Part shown: in pieces, positions 47,901-59,740 of the stretch
Position numbering within the stretch: the first letter of the stretch is position 1
How the letters are laid out: the number at the start of each line of letters is the position of its first letter
Origin: Tubiluchus corallicola
Lineage: Eukaryota; Animalia; Priapulida
DNA length: 64,000 nucleotides
Assembly: GCA_030141605.1 (NCBI GenBank)
Contig: JAQGDQ010000286.1
Coordinates: 124,001-188,000 of the forward strand
Direction: 5' to 3'
The notes under the pieces: generated by a model
The model's database searches: none
Seen by the model: only the letters and a program-made list of their open reading frames with translations
Told to the model about the DNA's origin: nothing
Program-made: the position numbers and the translations under genes

Positions 47901-49660
47901 GTAATGTTGAACCCTATTTTTACATTCTGTCATGGAAGAAAATTTTTGTTCGTTTGTGTGTAAGCTAAATTTGTAAAGTTAAATTTGTCTTTAAAACGCA
48001 ATAACTTTAAAATAGTTTTACTGCTATTTCGAGAATCAATAAATGAACTTTTTTCATTATGTCTTTAAAGTAAACTGCGTTAATAAACTTAGTCGAATTG
48101 ACTATGACTTCCAGAGGTCATATTAAAAGTAAGTCCAATTTCGAGATGTTCACAATTTTCTAAGTGCTACTAAGTTGCAAGTTTTACCTCTGGCCTGTCT
48201 ATTTCGCAAGTTATTGACTCTGCCACACTCTCTCACGCACTTCTTTCTCCTTCGCATTTCCTCTCTTTTCCTTGTTCGCCTATCCCTCTCATATTTTTTC
48301 TCATTCTCTGCCTCTCTTTATCCCTCTCTCACTTTTTCTGTCTCCTTCCTTCTCTTTCTTCCTGATTTCGTGAAAACTGTTGTGCTTTTTGCTATATAAT
48401 TTTTCACTGATTTATCACGGATTTATTGATGTCTTTTATTGATACTAGTAACGGTAACCACAACAGGAGAACTACGAGTGATATGGGAACAGGAGAAGAG
48501 CAGCCCACGAGTTATGAATGGCAATTAGCAAGTCTGATTGATGGCAAAAAATTTTTTCCTTTCGTGCAGCAAAAGCCTAACAAAGACATAAAGAGTGCTC
48601 GATCCATCACTGAACCCGAATACATAAAAGCAATGCAAGAAATAAAAGCTCAAACACGACTGCAGCAGAAACCAAGGCCAATGAGCCAAGTAGATAGACG
48701 CCGGGTTAGTGATTTTTTAACAACTTTTGATTCTATTATAGCTATTAAAAACGGCATATATTGCTCAGTTTTGATTATGTTGTGACTTTTCCTACATATG
48801 CCTTTGCACACATATGTATATGTATGAAATTTCTTCTATTAAAATCCTATTTATAATGCATTTTTGGTTTCATTTACAGTACAACCCGCGACTGGTTGCT
48901 TTACTGATCATATTTTAATTTTTTCACATCATATTTCGCTGCTGAACTTATCTCACGCTCGCTTCTCTTCCATTTTTCTCTATCCTTACCCTATTACTCC
49001 GTTATATTGTCTCTTATTGCTAAACAAATTTTAGTTGGAGAAATCTTGTATCGATAGAAAAAAATAAAAATAATATCACCAATGCGCACTTGGCTCGCAG
49101 TATGTTTCAGTACGTTTTTCAGGAATGTTTGTGAGTAGCTTTCTCAGCTCTTCAGCTGAGAATATTTGATTGGCCATTGCGAAGTGAACTACCGCTGGTT
49201 GATTGACGTTTTGTCGACCAGTGTATTTACTGTAGTTTTCAAGTTTTCATAGTAGCATTGGCAATCAGCACCCATGATGTGCCATATTTAATGAAGTAAC
49301 TGCTTGTTGTAAGTGGTGGTAAAATTTACGCTATTTCTCAGAAAGGAAACTTCATTAATATTTTAACTATAATTTGTGTTTATTAGAGGTAGACCTTAGT
49401 GTACCAAGCCTCGCTATTTCCTTCTTTTATTATAGGCTGTGATCGCACAACGGCAACAGGAAAATTACGCAAAAAACTGTGAACGCGAAGCAACTTCATA
49501 CATGAACGCTGTTACTCGCGTTAATACTAGAAGACGAGCCTTGGTGGAGCGAAGTAAAATGAACAGCGAACGTGAACAAGCCAACCAGAGTAGAAAGAAT
49601 ATGGTAGATTGGTTAGAAAAGAACAAAATGCAACAACTTAGGAATTACATGCTTCCATAA
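41303..49660 (+). CDS. C11orf16-like DUF4537-domain protein, about 700 aa; exons 41303-41560, 42092-42293, 43216-43337, 43857-44051, 44378-44646, 45804-46001, 46496-46602, 47135-47324, 47632-47721, 48449-48704, 49436-49660
   Basis: VVLARKPNTGCFYPG...YLVRF...DLVSYGEAAKQPITVGDCVL...KYSPGIVVRG...TVLLWTGRTV...IPVSMYDRIFAELQ fits the DUF4537 pattern recalled from C11orf16/VWA3B. Ten GT-AG introns chain in phase. The start is uncertain (see finding at 41078). Confidence 0.7.
41940..41968. repeat. (AT)n microsatellite
   Basis: Direct reading of the sequence. Confidence 0.9.
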
Positions 49661-49729
49661 ATACGTGTTATATAACAACTGATGTCGAGTTTTTGTCCTT
49701 CTGATTTCTTTGGAAACAAAAATAAAAAA

Positions 49730-50193
49730 ATTCAGCCTTAGTTGAAAATGAATTTCTGTACAACTCTGAGCTCTGGTTATTAAAAGCAAATCATAAAGAG
49801 GAAATTGATGCATTTCAAAGGCCGAATTACAGAAACATTTGGTGCCTCAGGTGGCCAAAAAAATTTCAAATAAAGATCTGTACGAAAAAATAAAAGAACA
49901 ACCTTGGACAAGAAAAATAAAAAGTTTAAGATGGATTGGGCATATGCTTAGACTACCTCATGATAATCCAGTAAAAATAGCACTTCAACAAGCATAGAAC
50001 CAGTCAGAAAACCTGCAGGAGGACAAATGTTAACCTATTTGGATTTTACACAGGAAGATTTAGACAGTTCAGGACTGATCCTTAGAGATAAATGCACTTG
50101 TGATATTGCAGCGAGTAGGGCGACCTGGCATAGGGAGGTGAACAGAATCATGACCCTGGACGTATGATTCATTGGATGATGATGATGATGATG
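49730..50193 (+). mobile_element. 5'-truncated RTE-clade LINE remnant
   Basis: FLYNSELW...EEIDAFQR..YRNIWCLRWP...SNKDLYEK...LRWIGHMLRLPHDNPVKIAL...RKPAGGQ...AASRATW; (GAT)n tail at 50175-50193. Confidence 0.8.
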
Positions 50194-52030
50194 TAGTTGT
50201 GATAATCATTGAAGTGGCTGTTATACTTGATTAAATAGTACAATAGTTGAAATATTGTATCAATATTATAAGATTAAATGAATTTTGATTCTTGTGTAAC
50301 TGCATACTGGTCACTTATTAAACATTAAATACTCCTGTGCCAAAATGCAGGTTCAACTTTAAGAAATGAAGAGCCTAAATGGAAATGTATGTTGTAGTGC
50401 TGGTTGCTGACTTCGCTAACTGAATATTGCTGTTTATCACATGTATATTAAACTTCAATTGTTTTAACTAATAAATCTGCATTATTTTGATATTTGAGTT
50501 TAAAATTCACAGTTAACAGTTATTATTGAATGTTAATACGAGAATAATAGAGATTCGTGTGTATGTGTCAATTAACATTGCTTTATGAGACACTTGTTGG
50601 CAACTTTTATTTCTTGGTTTGTTTCCTTTAGTGTGTTAGATTCTCTTAACCTCTTTTCTTTCGTTTCAAGCTATTCGACACTTTTAAGGTAAGGTTAGAT
50701 TTTAATGCCGGAATTTTTCTATGCTCTTTCTCTACAGAAAAGGTGCAGTGTCCCTAAACGAGTGTGCTAGAAGAACAAAGATTATCTGCTCCGTGAATTA
50801 TCCACTTTTCAACCAGAAGCAATAAATCACGCTTAATTGGGAAACTATAGTCTACAGTAAGTGAAACAAAGGCATAATTTTGCGATTATTTCATGACCTT
50901 TTAGACGTTAAGTATCAATTTGTTTAGGATGTACAAGTAAACAATTAAAATGTGAAGCAATTATGTGATCATTTTCTTACTGTGATAATTTTACTGTTAT
51001 GTTTGCTTGTTTGCTTATACGAGTCATTATTGTCGTTTGTCAAATTTTTGTTAATTGTTAACGAATGTGCTGGATTGCGGTACCATTATTCATTGTTCGA
51101 GGACATTTTTACGTATTGGAATGTCAACATTAGAAATATTTTGCTGGCTTATTGATATCATTGTCGTTAAATGAATTACAGCTACTAAAATAGCTTGAAC
51201 ATTAATCTACAAACAAAATATCTCTGTTTATAAACTTGTAATCTGTATAACCGTTATTATTGGTTTTTAAGTACAAAATTGTATAGTAACCAATAACAAT
51301 ATGCCGAGTTTTAAATAAATGTAACAGTTAAACAAATTGCGAAAGCTCTTTGTTAATTCTATAGTATATTCGTTTACTTTCATTTATTCTTATAATGGGC
51401 CTATTCCACATAAAATAAAAATTTTGAAGAATTTATAAATTGCTGACAATAACAATACCCACAAACACTAAGACCAAAATGCAATCTGCGGGCCTTGGTG
51501 CCTATAGCGTTGTCATACATACTAATGAGCCCTGTCTCATCTAAAACGTACTAAAAATGTAAAATTGCAAACAGGCCTACACGTACGATTAGTACAAGTA
51601 CAGATAGGAGTCAAGGATACACACTTATGAAACTTCAAAGATTATTTGACCGTATCAGTGGTTTTCTGCTGGGATAGTGCTTTCATACCGGTAGCACCAT
51701 AATTTGTATTAACAATCGTTTATATCACTCACTTCTAGTATATGTATGCTGCAATTTTTTGCTACAACTATCACCGCCGTATTTTGCGATTCTGTTTCCT
51801 TTTAAATAATCTGAATCATGCCAGTGCTACAGTGTGTTTTTCCATAATAACTTAGCTTTATTTAACCTTTTCCAGGAGAGGCTCTATGATTCTTTTATCT
51901 TCATTTCTTCCTCTGTCGCTTTATGTCTTTTTTAATTTCTTTCTTTCATCTTCCAAGTATTGTCCTTTCTATCCTTTCTTTGTTTTATTCGATCTGCTCC
52001 TTATTTCTTAGACACAGTAAGACGCTCCAT

Positions 52031-52104
<74 letters not shown>
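52031..52104. repeat. (CT)n microsatellite
   Basis: Direct reading of the sequence. Confidence 0.95.
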
Positions 52105-52107
<3 letters not shown>

Positions 52108-52440
52108 GCCCCTCAGCGCTTTTTGGTTTATTTTTTCTTTTAAACATCGAAATAAAGAAGAAAAAAGAACCATTGTAAGATCTTTAAAACGAAGGTATAA
52201 TTTACAAGGAGATATAAGGGCATCGTGTTCATAATTGCTTTGAAATAATTAGAACACAGCTATTGAACAAGCAAAGTTAATGCACCTGTCTAGTTGATAT
52301 AATACTAAGAGATGATAACAGTAGAACGCAACATAAGTGTACAAAATTCTTTGGCTACAAATAACGATGAAGACTGACGATGTCAGCGTCCAGCGTCATA
52401 AACGAGATATAATCTGATGCTGCGTCGCATGTCAATCATT

Positions 52441-52454
52441 GTTGCCACGGCGAC
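52441..52454 (+). promoter_or_regulatory. RFX X-box upstream of the SHIPPO-repeat gene
   Basis: GTTGCCACGGCGAC versus consensus GTTGCCATGGCAAC, about 100 bp 5' of the ATG at 52556. Confidence 0.65.
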
Positions 52455-52555
52455 GACGCTTCTAGCCATGTAAGTCGTTTGGAGTGATCTGGAAATTTTT
52501 GGAACTTATTTGGAAACACGGTATTTGGCCCTTTTTAACCCAAAAAACAGCAAAA

Positions 52556-55500
52556 ATGTCTGCAAGAACTAATCAAACCACCGATGCACGCAATGTGGTG
52601 GAGGAGAGGTATTTCAAGGCCAAAATGGCGCGTCCCGGTACGTTTGGGAACAGGTAGGTTTTCACCTTACGTACATTTAAGTAGGCACATCAAATTGTGA
52701 TTTTTTTCGTAATTTCGATGGGCAACAAGTCGGAATCTATCATTCGACAACAAATCTGATGTCTGTTGTAGCCTACTACCATAGCCGAATGGTTCTGATG
52801 AAATTAGAAATTATCAGTCATTAGACCCTTTCCAAAACGTGGCGCAAATTGTCAGCTGTCGTTGTCGTTGTTGATGACACGGTCAAAAATTGCAGTATGC
52901 CTATTGTGCTGCCTATCTTGCGAACGTTCCACAAGAAGGATCCAAGCTCTTGTTACAGATAATACTTTAAGGTAAAAGAAATTAAGCAATAAACATTGAA
53001 CTGCACCAGCTACTATATGAATGCACCTTCTGAGCCAATAGACAAGTGAAATCAATTGCCTGGCGTCTGGCGGTCATCCGTCCACTTACTAACAGACTCA
53101 GCGCTACCTGATCCATTACCGATCAACATAGCACACACACATATTCATCACTCAGCTGTCCTACCTATCCTACATGTTTGTAGCAATAAAATTTTCCATT
53201 TTTATCGTACAACAATTTTATAAAACTGGCTGTCATTTTTTTGCTTATACGTTTATTTTATACTGGCATGTGTCTTATTCTTTAGAGTTGACTGGCAAAT
53301 AACAACACAAAGTCCAGGACCTGGGATTTACAACACCAGAGACACCTATTCTAGAGGCGGAAAACATAGAGCAAATGCTGTACCCTTCTCTCATATAAAT
53401 CGGTAAGAAACAATGAAAGAATTTCCCCCTAAATTAAATTTAGTTATTACAAATATAATCACATATAGCTTGGATTACTGTGCCCTCGTTTGAGAGATTA
53501 TATTACTCTTTTTTTCTTTCTAGTGATATGCCAACGGTCCCTGGTCCCGGACCAGCAAACTACAGTCCACTGGATGTTGAAAAAAGTACGTCAAAATATA
53601 AAAACGCACCTGCTTACTCCTTTAAAAAGCGACCGATAGATAACATGTCAACGGCTTCGCCTGGTGAGTTGCATTTATGCAATGAAGTTTCTAGTTGCTT
53701 GATGTGGATTTGATTGACTGGAATAGTTTGTTTATTTAGTAGTTGGTGGTATAATTGGTCGTTTAGTCGGTTGGTTGGTTGATTGGCTAGCCGGTTGATT
53801 GATTGATTGGTTGGGTGGTTTGTTGGTTGGCTGTGTGTTTGTTTGTTCGGTTGGTTGGTCGGTTGGTTGATTGGTTGGTTATGTCAGTGTCCATCCATCG
53901 ACAATGGCACTTCCTTGCAAAAGGTTAATGAAACCATTTCGGCTTTGGATGGCAGCAAAGCTCCCGACTGTGATGGACTCTTGCCAGCAATAATCAAACT
54001 TTTAACAACTGACATTGTTACTTTTATTGATAATAAACTTGTTAGCCTTGCTTGTGGCACTCGAGTGGTCAAGGCAATTCAGGTTAGTTTACCTATACGA
54101 GTAAAGCAGTTACTTTTTTTCGTGTTGTTTATTAATCCTCTGATTCGTGCGTTTTAAGAGCTATCGGATGATGGTTTTCTGTGTAATTTGCACGGTCTCA
54201 TGATGATAATTGATAGAGTGATATTCCCCACATCTCGTGATAGTCTCACTAACAAGTGAACTGTTTTAAGTAATTTTATTCATTTTAGCTCGTCACCCAG
54301 ATGCCTCCTTTTAAGGGATGTAATGAATGCAAGTCAGTAATGATGACAAACACCACTGACTGAAGTATATTAGGGGAGCTATGAGCTCCAGGTTCTGTAT
54401 TTATAGAATTTATAGATTATAGAATTATAGAATATATCAATAAAATTTAAAACTGAATTTAACCATAAGCTCCATTCACACTAGTCATTATGCAGGTATA
54501 CCTGAAAAGCATAGGATAGTTTTAGGAGGTCTATAGATTAATCGTCACATAACTTATTAAGTGAGACTGGCTACAAAGCCCAGAGAATGCGTCTTTGCTC
54601 ATGCGACCAGAGTCCTATAAAGTGAGCAACATGTTTTATCTGGATGTAGTATTTCTGCCGATTTAAGAGTTGGAAGGACTTGTGTGACCATAATTATGTG
54701 ACTTATTCAAATGTGATTTATTCCTTATGTGCTCTTATATTAATAAAGGTCTTAGTCACTTTTGAATGACTAACTAACAAATTGACTGGCTGACTGAAAT
54801 GTATGCTAGTGCCTTACACAGGCAATTTGTGGCGCAGTGGAACTAAATGATCAACTGGCTACATGCATAAATTTTAACGTGATGAGATTTATTAGAACGC
54901 GACTAATGAACGCTATATATGTTAAAATAAAATAAAATAAAATATGCTAAAATTGATTCATCTTGCATTTCAGAGATTTTAAACAATTTTATTTGCAGGG
55001 CCAGCGCAATACACCGTGCCCAGTTACTTCGGGGGAGTGAGTAAAGAGTCAAATAAGACTAACCATCCTGCTGTTCCGTTCACTCCCCGTGAACATAACG
55101 CTCGCCAAGCCAACAGGGTATTTATTCATTGTTATTCATAATAATACGTGCTTTCTTTCATTTAAAAACTTTTGTTTCTTTTGCGTAAAATTTATATTGT
55201 GCCATACGCTAACACAAATATTCAATAATTTTCGCCAGTAGTATATAGTAGGCCTATTTACATACGCATTTAACTGCATGTATGCGCACGCAAAGTACAC
55301 TGGACACTGATACGGTGACATTGCGTGCAAATATGCAAATCATAATGGCACACAAACATGCCAATAAAAATGCTTCCATCAGCAAATTTTTTCACACTTC
55401 AATACTTTTTACGGAATTCAGCACTTAGTCGCATAAGCTACTTGATATTGATAATTATGGCGAGACCAGACACTGGTTCTAAGCGGTTCATTATCACAGC

Positions 55501-57685
55501 CAAAGACACCAAATTGGCACAGATATCTTAGCCACATTTGGGTACGAATGCGTCCTGCATTAACGAATTAAACTACTCAGGTTCAGTTTTTCGAATGAAG
55601 CTTCTTAGACTGGATGAGAATTGAACCCATGCATTCATAAACCTGACCATTCAACTCTGTCATGACCACTCTGCTATGCACTCTCGCCTCATATGTACTT
55701 TCTCGCTTGAACTTAAATTGTTCCACTGTATTACAGGCACCAGGTCCAGCAGCTTATAATGTTGTAGATTTTGATGTTTACAAGAATCGAGCTCCAACCA
55801 TGAAACTTCTTTCTGGACACGGAGAGTGCTTTCGTACCAGCGCTGGGCCTGGACCAGCAGCTTATCGTGTGGGTATTATTATTGCATATTGCATATCGTT
55901 ATTGTATATAGCTCAGAGGGCTTTTTCATACTCATTTCTTGTGGTCTGTAGTAGTGCAACGGAATTAGGGCATCTAAAGCAAATCACGGAGGCCAGACGA
56001 TATAAAATCGAAATTAAACTTTTAAGTGACCTACAACACAAATATCCCAAGGTTGTATCCCATTGTTGAGTAGGTGTTTTTTTGCAAGCTGCTTATTGAA
56101 CCGTAAAACAGAATATAAAAGAGAAAAAACTCTATACACTAGACATAAAAATGGAACAGACTACAACAATACAAATAAACCACTTCTCTATGGTATAACG
56201 GTTCAAGCACATAGGTTCAAACTTGCTCCGAGTTATTTCAGTCAGGTATGCATTCAACGATTTTCTGGACCAATGTAGCATTAATTTTTGTAACTTGTAC
56301 ATCTTGTGACGAACTTAAAAACACGAACTTCTCATTAGGTGACATATAATGAAAATTAGTACAAAAATTAGATAGTATCAAAACATTCCTCTATTATAAT
56401 GACGTATAGGCCTATAATGGGCATTCTGAACTGCAAAATTTGCAAAAACAATTTCCGGGATGTACAATCATAATCAAAATCTGGTAAATTATGTATATGG
56501 TAAATGTACGTAGATACGTCTGTAAACATTATGGCGTTCTCTTGCGTTTGGATTTCTGTCCTCTGTCCCGGAATATTTACACATCCTGTATTGATTGCGG
56601 AGTTTCTTGACCATTTGCTTCCCTTGTGTTCGAAAATGAGATCTTTCTGCCAATGCCGCATATGTAATCACACAATTTTTCTCCTCTAAGAACAATAGAG
56701 TATCCTATTTTAGGAAAACGTCTGCGAGGAAATCAAAACGTAATACTAGTAGGTCTAACAGAAATGGCATGCTTTCAAGGCTGTAGAACTAAAAAGAGTT
56801 GCTATTTGTTTTGTGCAAAGTCTCTGCTTAACGTTGTGCCATTTTAAATTCTTGCTGTTCTACAAACTCTTGAGGAAAACATGGATGACGTACTTTTAAG
56901 CCCGCATTAAAATCGGTATTAAATCTCCATTAAATTTTAAAAATTTTCGTACTTCTTCGTCTCTTAGACGCTGCAACAAATTCGAGGACTAAAATGGGAA
57001 TTTAATGACTTGTTGTTAATAATAGGTAAAAGGGGAATTCGACAAACTGACAGAAGTACCAGACTTTGGATTTGGAGGTTGCCACTCTAGACCACAGTCA
57101 AGTTACTCACAGCGTTTAAGTGACGATGATGAAAGATCGCTACCTGCTACGCCGGCAAAATCTAAAACACCGCAAAAAAGACCACCATCCAGCGGAAGAC
57201 CCATATCACCACAACGTACACAACAGCAACAACAACAAAGACCTAAAACTAGAGAAAGCGAAGAGACGAAGTATTACGAAGAGGCTCAAGCACCTGGCGA
57301 GAAAACTAGTGGGAAAGTTGGAGTTGTTGAAGTGTCTTCTCGCAAGAGTGGAGCAGATACGAAGAAGTCAACTTCTCGCGGAGCAAATGTGCAGGAGTCA
57401 ACTTCCCAAGGAGCAAGCGTCAAGGAGTCAACGTCTCAAGGAGCAAACGTGAAGGAGTCAAGTTCTAAAGGAGCAAACGTCAAAGAGTCAACTTCTCGTG
57501 GTGCAAGTGTCAAGGAGTCATCTTCTCGTGGTGCAAATGTGAAGGAATCATCTTCTCGGAAGAGTGATATAAGCCCAAAGCAGACCAGTTCTCAAAAGAG
57601 TAACGCAAGTGCAAAAAGTGGTGCTTCTCAAAAGAGTGGTGGAGGGTCTGTGAAGGAACCACTAAGTGTTGATGATTTGCAATAA
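52556..57685 (+). CDS. SHIPPO (sperm-tail PG-rich) repeat protein, ODF3/CIMAP1/STPG-like, about 421 aa; exons 52556-52653, 53286-53402, 53524-53663, 54999-55117, 55737-55868, 57026-57685
   Basis: Five PGP repeats: SPGPGIY, GPGPANY (followed by APAYSF), SPGPAQY, APGPAAY, GPGPAAY; then FGFGGCH. Five GT-AG introns are in phase. Ser/Lys-rich repetitive tail. Confidence 0.85.
53741..54060 (+). mobile_element. Degenerate (GGTT)n tract followed by a small LINE ORF2 linker remnant
   Basis: SLQKVNETISALDGSKAPDCDGLLPAIIKLL matches the KAPGxDG motif that precedes the RT domain in LINEs. Confidence 0.55.
55500..55690 (-). mobile_element. tRNA-derived SINE-like remnant
   Basis: Minus strand A-box TAGCAGAGTGGT and B-box-like GGGTTCAATTCT at tRNA-like spacing. 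Boundaries are approximate. Confidence 0.45.
57362..57571 (+). repeat. Coding 30-bp tandem repeat, about 7 copies of KES(T/S)S(R/Q/K)GA(N/S)V
   Basis: KKSTSRGANV QESTSQGASV KESTSQGANV KESSSKGANV KESTSRGASV KESSSRGANV KESSSRKSDI. Confidence 0.9.
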
Positions 57686-58623
57686 ACAAGTTTCGATATT
57701 GCTGTCCCTTGTTTCTAAGGTTGGTAAAAATCAAAAGCATGAATGATGATGCCAAGGACATTTTTATAATCTGATTATGAAAATGTAAATCAAAGTTATT
57801 TAAGAAATAAATTATTAAAATGTAAAGGTGACAGATAGGACCAACCTTGTCTACATTTTCGAAAAACTGTGACATGGACTCTTCGTTGTCATTTTTGCGC
57901 AAATGAGTTTATTTTGACACAGTGGATGTGCCACTTATGATATTGCTTAGGTTTTTGGATACAACTGTTCGGCTACAACTGGATGCATACTGGAGTACAG
58001 TACTGAATGCCTTTTCCACCATGTCGTGTGATGTAAAATCAAGTTTTTTTATGTAGCTGTCTTTTTACCTATACAGCAGATAAAGTAATAAAATCAAGTT
58101 ATTTGCATATAACTAGTAGTAATAGTTTATTTTCTGTGCAGAGATTTCAGGAGTACGAACAACGCTCTGGATATTGATAAAAATATAGGGTAGTGATCCC
58201 AGCACTTCAAAAAAAAATAAGGAAATTACAGCCTTTCCTACTCAAGTACCATTGAAATAGAGCTTTTAGGGGAACAAAACCCACAACTAGTTCGCATATC
58301 ATTTACCATCACATCTTTCTTCCTTCAACTTCATTTTCTGCTGCTTTACTACTCCTTTTCTTTTTCTCAATCTACATTCGTTTGGGATGTGTGCACCAAT
58401 TAATTACTTCCGAGCACACCGTAGGCCATCTGCAGTTTGGCACTTTGGGTAGATAATAAATATGTTACACATATTAACATTTCATGAAGTGTTTTGAAGT
58501 GCAATGCTGTAATGGTTGTTGTGGATGTATTTAATAAATAAGAAATAAAATAAAATACTGCCAGAAAAACGTTTGCAGCAGTTGAGAAGACAAATTCGTA
58601 GACTAAGACACAACAGCAGTCCA

Positions 58624-58820
58624 TTAATCAACTATCAGATTTAAAGCGAAGAAGGTGCTGAAAAATTGTGTCAATCAGGATTCAAACCCAGAACTTTGTG
58701 GTTTCAAGCCACATGCCTAGGCCATTTGAACACTGAATTCAACAAATTTGCATCAATTCTCATGCTGAATGCAATCAGTCTGCGCTACCTATCCGCAGTA
58801 AAGAGAAAATAATTAATTAA
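58624..58820 (-). mobile_element. TTAA-bounded element with weak TIRs carrying a tRNA-like Pol III cassette (loop CT-TGA-AA)
   Basis: Minus strand TGTTCAAATGG..., stem TGTGG/CCACA around CTTGAAA, CTGGG TTTGAAT CCTG, then a TTTTT terminator. Ends TTAATCAACTAT... and ...ATAATTAATTAA. Confidence 0.55.
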
Positions 58821-59431
58821 CAAGCTACCAACCATCATATTCTCCCTGCAAACTAATAAAATTCAAAAGCAATAAATCCCTGCAAACTAATAAAATTCAA
58901 GTAATAAAAAGTAAAAATTTAAGAGAATAAATTCTAACCATTTTTATTAAAACCACAAATCAACAAAATAACACAGTCGGTTACTACAAAAAAGTGGAAT
59001 AGTGTGTGTCAAACGCAATTGAAATCACAGACCATCTGCCTTTACATAAACGCTTACTTCAATAGAAGAAATCTTTATCATTTTGACAACACATTCATGA
59101 TTAACAAACTAGATAACATCTTAGCACCATTTCAGTTTTTACAAGCTTGCTAATAAGCAGTATTCTTACTATACATTATACAGTCCTAGCTCTAGCATCA
59201 CAGGTTGAAAAAAACCTTATTGTTATCCCATTACCTTCAGATGTAACACAGTGTTAAAGTGCCTAGAAAAGCTTTAATATGGGAGCAAAGCATTACCTGG
59301 TTACTGTGCTTTCCCTTTACACAAAATAAAAGACAAAAATGACTAAATTAAAGCAATCACAGAGAAGTTAACACATTATGCACAACTAGTCTTTTTGCCT
59401 ATCTTAAATTAGCACTAAAATATAAGAATTA

Positions 59432-59740
59432 TTAATTAGATTATGCGTTGAATGCCAGAATGTTCATAAATCAATGTGGTTTATTTTATAACAATTATTA
59501 CCCATTGCGGGTAATGAGCCAAAGAAAAGAGGACTAGCAAGGATTTGAACCTGAGGCCTGGGATTAGTACTCCCATGTTCTGCCCGTTAAGCTACCAGTC
59601 AACAAAACAAAACAGACCCATGATTTCCTCCTTGTAGCACTCAATCATTCAACTCAGTACCCACAATGGGTAATAATTATTGTAAAATAAACCACAATGG
59701 TTTATGAACGTTCCGGCATTCAAAGTCATGAACTAATTAA
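59432..59740. mobile_element. Foldback/MITE-like element with 87-88 bp inverted arms enclosing a tRNA-like Pol III cassette (loop GT-ACT-AA)
   Basis: Arms 59432-59518 and 59653-59740 are roughly 85% identical reverse complements and both start with TTAATTAG. The cassette at 59600-59531 (-) has an A-box, a B-box and a T-run terminator. Confidence 0.8.

Noticed and set aside
51923-52234. ORFs with SL or ER dipeptide runs
   Set aside because: Artefacts of the (CT)n microsatellite.
57120-57452. 110-aa ORF overlapping the last SHIPPO exon in another frame
   Set aside because: Shadow frame of a repetitive exon; splice phase supports the 57026-57685 frame.
58661-59600. Functional tRNA-Ser genes
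   Set aside because: No long variable arm, mismatched stems and embedding in repeat-like flanks; treated as tRNA-derived cassettes instead.
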